This document shows positions 20,477 to 29,900 of a stretch of DNA of 62,693 bases, one piece after another (the first letter of the stretch is position 1; every line of letters starts with the position of its first letter). The position numbers and the translations under genes were made by a program. The stretch spans positions 1 through 62,693 of the IMG/VR virus record IMGVR_UViG_3300047379_001393; one strand, given 5' to 3'. The notes below the pieces were generated by a model. The model was not told the origin of the DNA. It saw nothing but the letters and a program-made list of their open reading frames with translations, and made no database searches. Origin of the DNA: a virus (taxonomy: Duplodnaviria > Caudoviricetes).

Positions 20477-20784
20477 TATTTTTTTAAAAAATAAAAATCA
20501 TCATTTTTAAGACTATATATCAGAAAAGGAATATCCACCTCTTTTTGAGATCTTATATCCATAAAAGAAGGATTTGCAGAACAATTTATATGAGAATGAT
20601 ATATGCAGTCAGGATCAACTTCAATAATTTCCAAGGGATTAATAAGGAAATTATTTACCTTACTAGGGCTAATGTTCTCGCATTTTATCACACGCATATC
20701 TTTAATAAACCCACAGCATTCTTGTTCTTTATTTTTAAGACATTCTTTTCTAACATCATCGTAAACTTTACTAGAAAAAATCAT
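20476..20784 (-). CDS. JAB/MPN metalloprotease (gpK-like tail assembly protein, JAB domain only)
   Basis: ECCG...YHSH....PS..D JAB motif; lies between gpL and gpI/J; only 102 aa, no NlpC/P60 domain. Confidence 0.85.
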   Translation of the reverse strand: MIFSSKVYDDVRKECLKNKEQECCGFIKDMRVIKCENISPSKVNNFLINPLEIIEVDPDCIYHSHINCSANPSFMDIRSQKEVDIPFLIYSLKNDDFYFLKK

Positions 20785-21869
20785 CCTTCCACAGGAAAGT
20801 TTTCTGTACCGGGAAAACCCCCAAACCTCAAACCTGGATAAGTCTTATGAGATTTATTATAATCAGACAAACCTTCATCGTCAGAAAACCTTAAAGAGCA
20901 AGACCCAAGAGTTCTTTTGCATTCATCTTTCAACCAATATTTTTTATCAAAAAATGGGTGATGTCTTTTGGGTTCATTGTGTTTTTGAATACATACAAAA
21001 ACTTGAGGAGTACTTCTGTAAGGATTAGATGAATGTTTCCCTATAATTTTAACCATATCTCCAACTTCATAATTTTTAGGATCGCCTACAGAACCTTCTT
21101 TTCCATAAACATTCCACTCCTTAATTTCATCAATCCCATCAACTGTTTTATCTATAGAACCTAAATCCTCATCATTACTATTCTCTGAAAACCCTTTAAT
21201 TAAACTCGTTCCGTCAGAAGTTTCTAACGGTAAACCTTTATAACCACAACCAATACTACACCTATAAGTCCAACCGCAATAAGAAGACATAACACTTCTT
21301 GCGGGGACATAAGATCCTTCAAGCTCTAGAGCAGAAACTAGCTCTAGTTCAATCATATCTTTTTGCTCAATTGTTTTTTTGTTTACAAAAAATACATCAT
21401 CATCAAAATGAGTATCTGCATTAGGAGTCCCAAAATGGGTGTCACCAAAAAAGTTTTTATTTCTATTTAAATAATTATCTCCATCAAGAAACTTAGAAAA
21501 AGTCCTCTTCCTGATTACTGTGCAATTTGCGAAATCTTTATTAAGTTTAAATATTAAAGAAAATATTCCATCTGGATTAGCTATCCTCAATTTAGGCCTA
21601 GGTAATCGACCATTACCAACTTTTTCAAAACCTTCTGCCTCTATAGGTAAAGGTTGATACCCATTACCCTGCCAATATACAGGATTTGTTCCATTTATCA
21701 TTGCACAGAATCTATAAACTGCAGATTCTCCAAAGTTAATATCAGAAACGTATTTTAAGCTTTCGATGTTTTCCTGCAATATACTAAAGTCAATTTCAAA
21801 CAGCTCAATTACTGTGTCAGGAGAAATAGACATCATTTGTTTAGAAAGCTGCGAAGAAGACTCACTCAT
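20781..21869 (-). CDS. Minor tail protein L (lambda gpL-like)
   Basis: IELFEID, YQPLPIEAEGFE, LPRPKLRIAN, RKRT..KFLD, C.W.YR...CGY, C......C and terminal FGGFPG. Confidence 0.93.
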   Translation of the reverse strand: MSESSSQLSKQMMSISPDTVIELFEIDFSILQENIESLKYVSDINFGESAVYRFCAMINGTNPVYWQGNGYQPLPIEAEGFEKVGNGRLPRPKLRIANPDGIFSLIFKLNKDFANCTVIRKRTFSKFLDGDNYLNRNKNFFGDTHFGTPNADTHFDDDVFFVNKKTIEQKDMIELELVSALELEGSYVPARSVMSSYCGWTYRCSIGCGYKGLPLETSDGTSLIKGFSENSNDEDLGSIDKTVDGIDEIKEWNVYGKEGSVGDPKNYEVGDMVKIIGKHSSNPYRSTPQVFVCIQKHNEPKRHHPFFDKKYWLKDECKRTLGSCSLRFSDDEGLSDYNKSHKTYPGLRFGGFPGTENFPVEG

Positions 21870-24800
21870 GATCTAAATATATCCTAAACAATCCTTCGTG
21901 AGGACTAAACCTATCATTACTCTCGACAGAAAAAGTTTGATCTTGATAACCATCTAACTTAGATAATATAATTTGACCAGAAGAATTTCCATTATTATTG
22001 GTATAATCAATAAAATTATCATTTTCATCAACCAGAAAAGATTCTATACTTGACGACGCAGATGCAGAATAAATTACATCAGCATAACCCTTACTACCCC
22101 CAGGCAAAGTGTTAGTTTTATTTAACTTAATGAATTCTTCAATAACGAAATAATTACATGGCTCAGAGGGTAAAAGCTTGCCATTTACTTTGTCGGTCAT
22201 ATTTTTAATGTCACCGTTATTTTTCTGAAGGAATTTTTTAATCTTATTACCGCTTGAGTTAATAGTATGAAATACCTGCCCACCGTGTGCGCCAGGAACA
22301 AAGTCATCAACCAATCTTATTTTTTGCTCAGACAGCGAGAACGGTAGGGAATTATCGAGCGGCAGGTTATACTCATAGCTTGACTTATTCATACTATTGC
22401 TTTGTGCATAAATAATAGGCACATCTGAGTTTTCTTGACCAAGGAAACTAAAAGAGGCCAAAGAGCTAGCTCCCATCGTAATTGACTGTATAATAAGATC
22501 CTCACCGCCGTTGTTCTTGAAATACATTCTTTTGCGAAAAGGTTTGTTTTGATCTATGTCTTCGTCTTCTGTTTTATGAGCAAAAGTTACAGGTTTAGTA
22601 AATGTTATATTAGGCCCACCAACCAATGGTTGGGTTGAGAAATTATTTAACTTTTCTGCTTCGAAATTAAAAGGATACTGTCTGAATTGAGCGCGTATAC
22701 TATGATTATCCTTATAGTTGTAGATATGATTCCATTTTGTGCATATAAAATTTTGAGGAGTTTCGTAAGGGGCGGGCGGAGAAAATAAAAAAGGGATATA
22801 ACCCAAATGATTCTCAAGAAAATGTAATATAGCACGAGCTTCCTCGTCAGATCTATTATTAAAAGATAAATCTAAAGTTAATAAACTTTCATTAATTCCA
22901 TCTTCATATATTTGAATATACTTCGATTTCATTGTTGATCGTTGCAGTCTAGGCTGCTGTCCAACCGAAAGTCCTAACGAAGGCTTCCACAAAAATTCTC
23001 TAGTCCAATAGTCCTTGTTTAAATCAGAATATTTTCCACTCTCTCGAGTCCAATTCTCGTTTCTTACAACAGGGCTCTTTCCGGTCACACTCTCATCGCT
23101 ATGCCAGTAGTAGTATTGATTATTGATGTCCGAAAAAGCTATATCATTTTTAAAATAAAATTCATTTCCATCATATGTATCAGCAGTTTTAACAAATAAA
23201 GTCTCACCTCTATTTAATATAGAAGTATTATAATTAGTTAAAGTAAGAGATATATCATTACTATCTTCAAAATTTAAAGAATGAGAAAAGTTTTCACAAT
23301 AAAATGTTTTAGTTTGATTATCAATATTATCATAAGGATGAAAAGTGGCATTGCCGTCCCAGCGGAAACCAGATATACCTTGAGAGTATTTTAACCAGCT
23401 AGCATTTCTATCTTTATCTTGTTGACCTAAATGGTTTTCCAAAAAATGGATAATTGCATTTGCTTCTCGATTATTCCTATTTTTAAAACTTAAATTCGCC
23501 TTAAAATTAAAATTATTTATTGAAGCTGGAAATATTTTATAATAACCATTTCCATATCTAATCTCTACATTTTTAGTTTCAAAACTTACTGATGAGCCAT
23601 AATCTGCGTCAAAGAAAAATTTATCAGTCACCCAGCTAGAACTACCTTCAGGATCTTCATTAATTGCAGTTAAAGATATTGCATAATCATTAGCTACTTC
23701 ATATTCGTCGATAGTAACATTACTTGATACTCCCTGCACATGAATTCTATCTACTTTTCCATCACCAATTCTTTCTTGAACGTCTTCTTGGGGTTTTGTC
23801 TTGGGTGTCTGATTTTCTGTTGTGGTTTTTCCTAAATAAAAATCAACGTTCCCGCCTTCATTACCAAATGCGTAATATTCTTCGTTGGTATAATTATAGA
23901 AAATGGTTCCATAATTCGGATTACTACTTTTATACAAATATGCCCAGCCAGTATCTCCGACTACATCATTATAGCTAGAAATCTCAAAATCCTCCTTACC
24001 TAGCGAGTATATATAAGTACCCCTTCTACTAAAAGAGGATTTTTCATTCAACAAACTATACTCTTTAGAGTTAATTTCTAATGCCTCATAAGAATCAATA
24101 AAATTAAAAGTATCCCTTAAATTATCTCCGTCTCTATCTGTTAACAAAACAAAATCATCAGAGTCTAAATTTGAATTATATATATCACTAGAATCTTTGA
24201 TTGAATAATTTCTGGTCGGTTCTACATACAAAAAGCTATTGCTGCCTGGAACATTATTACCTATTTTGGATCTATCGGCAAACAGCCACACGCCCTGGCT
24301 TTGATTTATTTTATTATCATTGGGTTCTTCACCGAGCATAAAAAACCAAACCCTTTCATACTTTTTATCCGGAACGATATATAACCAACCTAATTTAGGG
24401 CTAAATATCCACCCATTTGCCACCTCCGCATAATAAAAATCAGTTGCATTCAATTCTATCGAACCTTCGCCCGCATTAGATTTTATAAACCACGTAGATT
24501 CGTACCAATTTTTCACGAAAGCGTCTTTACCTAAACCTAAAACATCTCCGTCATCAACTATTTTCGATTTTTCAGCTAAATTTTTAAAATCTGAATGATC
24601 GAGGGATAAAGTTTCACCTTCCCATTGAGACTTTAAATTGACTGCCGACTCTCCATCTAAAATATTACCATCAATATCAGTTAAAAACACCGAGTCTCCA
24701 TCAAATGAATCGTAAATCGATCCATTATACCTAGATATTATAACTTTGGAATCTAGCGCGTCTAATAATGTTCCATCTGATGAAGAAAGAGAAGATATAT

Positions 24801-25191
24801 AATCCTTTTCTATATCCAAAACATTATACACGCCAGAAGCATTTTGCTCGCAACCCCTCAATATAACAGTCTGACCGATTTTTAAATTTTGACCGAGAAC
24901 ATCAAACAAAGAATAATCATCATAAATGTAATGGGAATCCCTTCCGCCAACTATAGGGCCATCGGGATCTAAAGTAAATCGCCCACTTCCAGATATGTAA
25001 GCTCCTCCTCCATATGTCATATCGTCTGTTGCATAATAAAAGAGCCCGTCTCCTGTATTATATACAAAATCAAACTTCTTATAATCAACTCCAGATTGAA
25101 AATTACCTAAATAGTTACTTACGTGAGATAATCTTTCACTATTATACTGGGAATTAATACTTTGATTATATATTGGATGATTATAACTCAT
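21862..25191 (-). CDS. Distal tail protein with two lambda gpM-like domains and inserted domains
   Basis: Two copies of F.NR...EA.AI.HFLENHLG; position upstream of gpL; 1109 aa. Confidence 0.75.
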   Translation of the reverse strand: MSYNHPIYNQSINSQYNSERLSHVSNYLGNFQSGVDYKKFDFVYNTGDGLFYYATDDMTYGGGAYISGSGRFTLDPDGPIVGGRDSHYIYDDYSLFDVLGQNLKIGQTVILRGCEQNASGVYNVLDIEKDYISSLSSSDGTLLDALDSKVIISRYNGSIYDSFDGDSVFLTDIDGNILDGESAVNLKSQWEGETLSLDHSDFKNLAEKSKIVDDGDVLGLGKDAFVKNWYESTWFIKSNAGEGSIELNATDFYYAEVANGWIFSPKLGWLYIVPDKKYERVWFFMLGEEPNDNKINQSQGVWLFADRSKIGNNVPGSNSFLYVEPTRNYSIKDSSDIYNSNLDSDDFVLLTDRDGDNLRDTFNFIDSYEALEINSKEYSLLNEKSSFSRRGTYIYSLGKEDFEISSYNDVVGDTGWAYLYKSSNPNYGTIFYNYTNEEYYAFGNEGGNVDFYLGKTTTENQTPKTKPQEDVQERIGDGKVDRIHVQGVSSNVTIDEYEVANDYAISLTAINEDPEGSSSWVTDKFFFDADYGSSVSFETKNVEIRYGNGYYKIFPASINNFNFKANLSFKNRNNREANAIIHFLENHLGQQDKDRNASWLKYSQGISGFRWDGNATFHPYDNIDNQTKTFYCENFSHSLNFEDSNDISLTLTNYNTSILNRGETLFVKTADTYDGNEFYFKNDIAFSDINNQYYYWHSDESVTGKSPVVRNENWTRESGKYSDLNKDYWTREFLWKPSLGLSVGQQPRLQRSTMKSKYIQIYEDGINESLLTLDLSFNNRSDEEARAILHFLENHLGYIPFLFSPPAPYETPQNFICTKWNHIYNYKDNHSIRAQFRQYPFNFEAEKLNNFSTQPLVGGPNITFTKPVTFAHKTEDEDIDQNKPFRKRMYFKNNGGEDLIIQSITMGASSLASFSFLGQENSDVPIIYAQSNSMNKSSYEYNLPLDNSLPFSLSEQKIRLVDDFVPGAHGGQVFHTINSSGNKIKKFLQKNNGDIKNMTDKVNGKLLPSEPCNYFVIEEFIKLNKTNTLPGGSKGYADVIYSASASSSIESFLVDENDNFIDYTNNNGNSSGQIILSKLDGYQDQTFSVESNDRFSPHEGLFRIYLDHE

Positions 25192-26111
25192 TTAATAACC
25201 TCCTTAATAGTTATCTGAGCTTTCGCATATTGCCCTTCGCTAATAGACATAGTTTCAGAGTGAATTTTGCCTGTCGATGAAAATTTAGCTATTTTCTCTC
25301 CAGTTAAACCGTAAAGATATGCGGTGATAGTAGAGTCAGCTAAATTTTTTGCTATAGCACCATTTTGCTGGTCACCATAAGGGTTTAAATTAGGAATCAT
25401 TTCATTTGCTTCGACAGTCATTTCGCTCTGAATATTTTCAGCAGTAATTCTAAAAGGAGTGGATCCTTGAGGCCTTGTATTAACAGAAGTATGCTCATTA
25501 TCCCTAATATGGCTGTGTACTTTTCTTTCGACTACTATATTATATTTTAAATTACTAATTTCAAATTGTCGACCTATAGCTGTTTCAGCAGTTTGATTAC
25601 TTATTTTCATTTCGCCAAAAGATTGCAGCCCGTGACCAAAGTCTACTAAAGATTTAGCGAACCTACCTCTTGCCTCTCTATACCTTTGAATTGTTCCATA
25701 TATATCATAACTCGCAGTAGCTATAATATTTTTATAAGGAGATAAACTAAAACTGAAATTTTTTAAATAAGCTGCATCAAACTTATATCTACCTACTATA
25801 TTATCATTAATAGGAGCATCACTCATTCCAGCCTTTATTTCAAACATTCTTTCTATATTATTAGGATTACCATTAACAGTAAATGTTTCAGCTGATATAT
25901 AAAAATTAATATCTAATTTACCTTGCAAAATCCCAATTGGCGAAAATTTAACAAATTCCGTTTTTGCTCCCCTAAGGTCTTGATCGAAGTCTCCATATAT
26001 TCTTTCTTCGCTAAGCTTGGGAGCTATAGAAAGATTCGCCGAACTCACCATGAGGTTTTTACCTCCAAGCTGCACCCTACCATCTTCAAATCTTAAAAAT
26101 GGTGCACTCAT
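25188..26111 (-). CDS. Tail tube-like protein (distant paralog)
   Basis: FDAAYLKNFSFSLS...ASYDIYG aligns by eye with the equivalent segment of 26108..26989 and 37594..38886. Confidence 0.5.
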   Translation of the reverse strand: MSAPFLRFEDGRVQLGGKNLMVSSANLSIAPKLSEERIYGDFDQDLRGAKTEFVKFSPIGILQGKLDINFYISAETFTVNGNPNNIERMFEIKAGMSDAPINDNIVGRYKFDAAYLKNFSFSLSPYKNIIATASYDIYGTIQRYREARGRFAKSLVDFGHGLQSFGEMKISNQTAETAIGRQFEISNLKYNIVVERKVHSHIRDNEHTSVNTRPQGSTPFRITAENIQSEMTVEANEMIPNLNPYGDQQNGAIAKNLADSTITAYLYGLTGEKIAKFSSTGKIHSETMSISEGQYAKAQITIKEVIK

Positions 26112-26989
26112 GACACAGGGTTATGCAATGTATCATAACCTTTATAACTTAAAGATATGGACATTTCTCCGTCTATTGATGCATTCACTGATTCACCAAT
26201 TAAACGAACATTATTTCCAGTAAATGAATTTATCATTTCGTTTGTCTGAGCGTCTCTAATATCAATAACAACACTACTCTTTGGCGCAGATTGCAACCTA
26301 TCCTTAATTTCTCTGATCTCGTATTGATCAGCGATCATGGTGAAGTTTATATCTGTCTCGATTGGATATTGAGTATCTACTTGTACAGCTGCCAGATTTT
26401 TAACTGATGGACCTGTATTTGTATCCCAGTCTTGAGCATCACCTTTAGGTATCGCATATACTGGATTTAGATTCAAAGTTCTAGTATATGAAAAATCGCT
26501 AATTGCATCAACAGTAAAATCGCTAACTCTTACAGATATAGATGATTGGTCCGGAAACTTTATTGGTGGATGAGCCCTAGTTATGCCTTCGTTATATACC
26601 CCGCTACCTAATTCGCCATATACAGTTATATCGGTTTGTATTTCAGGTATAGCTCCCACAGTACAAGAAACGGAATAACGGTTTATCTTGGCTTTATTAA
26701 AACCAAACCCCTTTGTGTTATTGTCGTACATTATGGCTCCGCTAATTTCGTTTTCATCAAAAGTGTATTTACCGATAGAGTTTACATCTAGCAATGGATC
26801 TCTGCTTACCATTGTTCGGCTGATAGAAAAATTTCCTTCCAGTGGGGCATCAATAAGAGCGTCAATAAATCCAACACCTGCTACTCTTACAGGTTTTTCC
26901 GCTATACCATAACTACCATCAACTGATTGAACACCAGATAAATTGTATCCATTAATAATAACGGTTTGCTCGTAATTTGAATAACTCAC
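26108..26989 (-). CDS. Tail tube-like protein (paralog of 37594..38886)
   Basis: GVQSVDGSY...INRYSVSCTVGAIP...YPIETDINF...LIGESVNASIDG matches RVQSANYSF...VSNYSIEASVGSMP...YPVNVSVSV...LEGESFSSSIGD. Confidence 0.65.
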   Translation of the reverse strand: MSYSNYEQTVIINGYNLSGVQSVDGSYGIAEKPVRVAGVGFIDALIDAPLEGNFSISRTMVSRDPLLDVNSIGKYTFDENEISGAIMYDNNTKGFGFNKAKINRYSVSCTVGAIPEIQTDITVYGELGSGVYNEGITRAHPPIKFPDQSSISVRVSDFTVDAISDFSYTRTLNLNPVYAIPKGDAQDWDTNTGPSVKNLAAVQVDTQYPIETDINFTMIADQYEIREIKDRLQSAPKSSVVIDIRDAQTNEMINSFTGNNVRLIGESVNASIDGEMSISLSYKGYDTLHNPVS

Positions 26990-29900
26990 TTGGTATCCTC
27001 AAGCAGACCTCCAGGCCTTTGTTCCTCTGCGATAACTTGCATAACTTGTTTTTTGATTTGATCAGATAGAGCCTTCATTCTTTCTGCAGAGTTATCATTT
27101 TTTTCTTGTGAATCTTCACCCCCCATAGATTCGCCCGAAGACTCTTTTCCTCCCGATAAATTGACAGAGATATTAATGTTATTAGTGTTCCCTCCAGAAG
27201 TTGAGCTTTCTGATTTATCTGAAATCGGAGAGGCCTCTCCACCATCATAAAACTTTCCTGCGTTTATTTGATCAAGCAAAGGTTTGCCCATTTGTCTCGC
27301 AGAACTAGCCTTAATAACATACTCTCCTTCACTAAGCATTGCAGGAATTTGATCGATACCAGACTTACCAGATATGTAGCCGCCTGAAGCGTATTTTTGA
27401 ATTTTGCCACCTAGAGAATTTCCGTCCCCAAACCAACTAAAAGGATTCCAGCTTCTGACAGGAGTAGAGTTGTAACCGCCAATATCTGTTCCAGGAGCAT
27501 AAGACACATTTTGCCCAAAACTATCAACGCCCATTCTAGTCCCCTTAGGAGTATTGGCGCCATATCCAGCAGCTTTAGCTTCTCCTGTTCTTGCGCCTCC
27601 ACTGTTAAATGCAGACGAAATTGCGAAAGTCGCAGCTGTAGAAATTAAAGAGCTAATCAACTGATGTCGTTTAGCTTTTTTCTCGTAAGCCTCTTGCTTT
27701 CTTTTTTGTCTAGCTTCCATTACTACACCCATCATATTAGCTCCTTCTTCAAGTTGTCGATTATCGGCTTGACTATAGAAAAATCCAGACATTGGCATCT
27801 TAGAATATCTTTTTCCCGTATCGACTCTTTCTAAACCGCCTTGACTAACCACGGGTCGACCGTTTACTGTTTCTCTCCTACGATTTAATCCTAGCATTCT
27901 TTGAGCTTGCGAATGCATGGGGGCAGATCCTCCGGCAGAGTACCCTGGAATTTTTCCTTTTGCGTTAATTTGATGCATAAAGCTTCCGCCGTATTTATTT
28001 ACAGCTCCAGCGTTCATTAAATATTCTCCATTTGAAACTTTAGCTGGAACACTGCCACCTTTAGAATAGTTTCTGACACTACCTCCTTGATTGAAGCCCA
28101 TAGCTCCAACAACTTGATTGGCCATTGCAGTTAGTAGGGCATTTCTAATAGCAGATAAAAAACCAACCGCAATTCCTTGAAGTGTATCACCCAAATCCTT
28201 ACTTCGATCCATTGCAGCTTCCATCGCTCCGACTAAACCATCGCGAAAATGATTTGCAGTTATTGTGCCTAGTTGATAATCTAAAGTTTCTGCGTCTTCA
28301 AGCATTTGTTTTCCTGCGTCTTTAAACGCATTACCGAAAGCTCCAGGTCCAGTTTGATGAGCTCTTGTAGCAGCAACTCGCTGTTTTTCTATTTCAAGAA
28401 GAGTCCGAGATGCAGAGACTTCTTTTTTTGTTTCTTTGTTTAGTATTTTTTTCTTTTGATCTATCTCGTCTAGCTTCTTGATTCTTTCATCTTCGTCTTT
28501 AATTAAAGCTTCGTAGTCTTCTTTTTCTGCATTAGTGAAATTATTATCATATGTATCAGGAACATAACCCTCTCCCTTTTTGTATATTTGGGCATCTTTT
28601 CCCTTCATACCTTTAAATCTTTTTTGATATTCCAAAAACCGTTCTTGTTCAAGAGCTTCTGGGCTAGCATTTAGCTTTGCCATTTGATCTTGCTCATCTT
28701 CTCTCAGTTTTTTTATTTTTTCTTCTAAAGCAAATTGTTTTTCTCGTATAGCAAAGGCCTCTCGTTCTTGCTTAGTTTGATATCCTGGGCCAACAGCTAA
28801 ACCCCTCTGGGCTGCCGCTACTTGATTATCAAATCCTCGTATTTTTTGGGTTGATTGCAGAGCTCTAGAGTTCATTTCATTAATTCTCTGCATATCAGCA
28901 AGCGACTGCTTTCTTTCTGCAAGTATTAAATTAACTTCTTGCTCTGCGTTTGCTAAATCTTTAGCTGAATCTCTAGTTTTTTCTGCGACCTCTAAGTTGT
29001 CAATTCTCTTTTGTAATTCTGTTTCGAGAATCTTTGTCACAATTGATTCCTGACCCTCTTGACCCTTAAGAACATCCATTGCATCTAAAATTTCTTTAAG
29101 TCCCATCGAGCTAACTTTATTAGTTAGATCTTGATTCTTCATATTTTCATCTCCTAAATGAATTTTAAAAGCTGTAGATAGAGACGGGCTATCTTTTATT
29201 TTTTGAAGCAGCCCTGTTTTTGTTTGGGCGTCGATTTGCGCCGCAGTTCCTTTGTAAGCTTCAGTGGCTTTATTGATTGCTTCTGTATGTTTATATGAAG
29301 CTTTCTGCCTTTCGGTGATAGAGCTTCCGATTATTTTTTGCTCAAGTTTTAAGGTTTGGCTTTGTTTTGCATAAGTTGCTTGTATTTCTAACTGCTGCAT
29401 TTTAGCTTTTTGCTGTGCAGTGAGCATAGCTTTTTGAAAGTTTAAGGCAAGGATAACACCATCTTTAAGTTTATTATTTTCATTATTTATTTTTTCTTGT
29501 TCAAGATTATAAGCCTCCATACCATTTAGCATTTCTACTCTTAACGATTCGAGGGCAATTTGTTGGTTTTCTGTTTTTGGATCTAATACGCCTTGCTCTC
29601 GAAGCATTTTCTCATATTCAGCGCCAGTCATAGCCTTTTTTTCTTCCGAGAATTTTATTCCATCTTCGCCAACACCTTCAATTTGCTTGAACAACTGTTT
29701 ACCTTCAAGATCTTTTAAGTATTTACTAATTATGCCCCCTTGACCTTGAGATGTTTCTCTAAAGTCCCGTCTCATGTGGGCTGTTCGCACTTCAGAGCTA
29801 TCTCCATAAATATAACTTTCAAGAGGTCTACCATTAGGTCCGTACTCAAATTTTGGTAGCTTTTTACGCATACTTTCCATTTCAGATGATGACATTTGAG

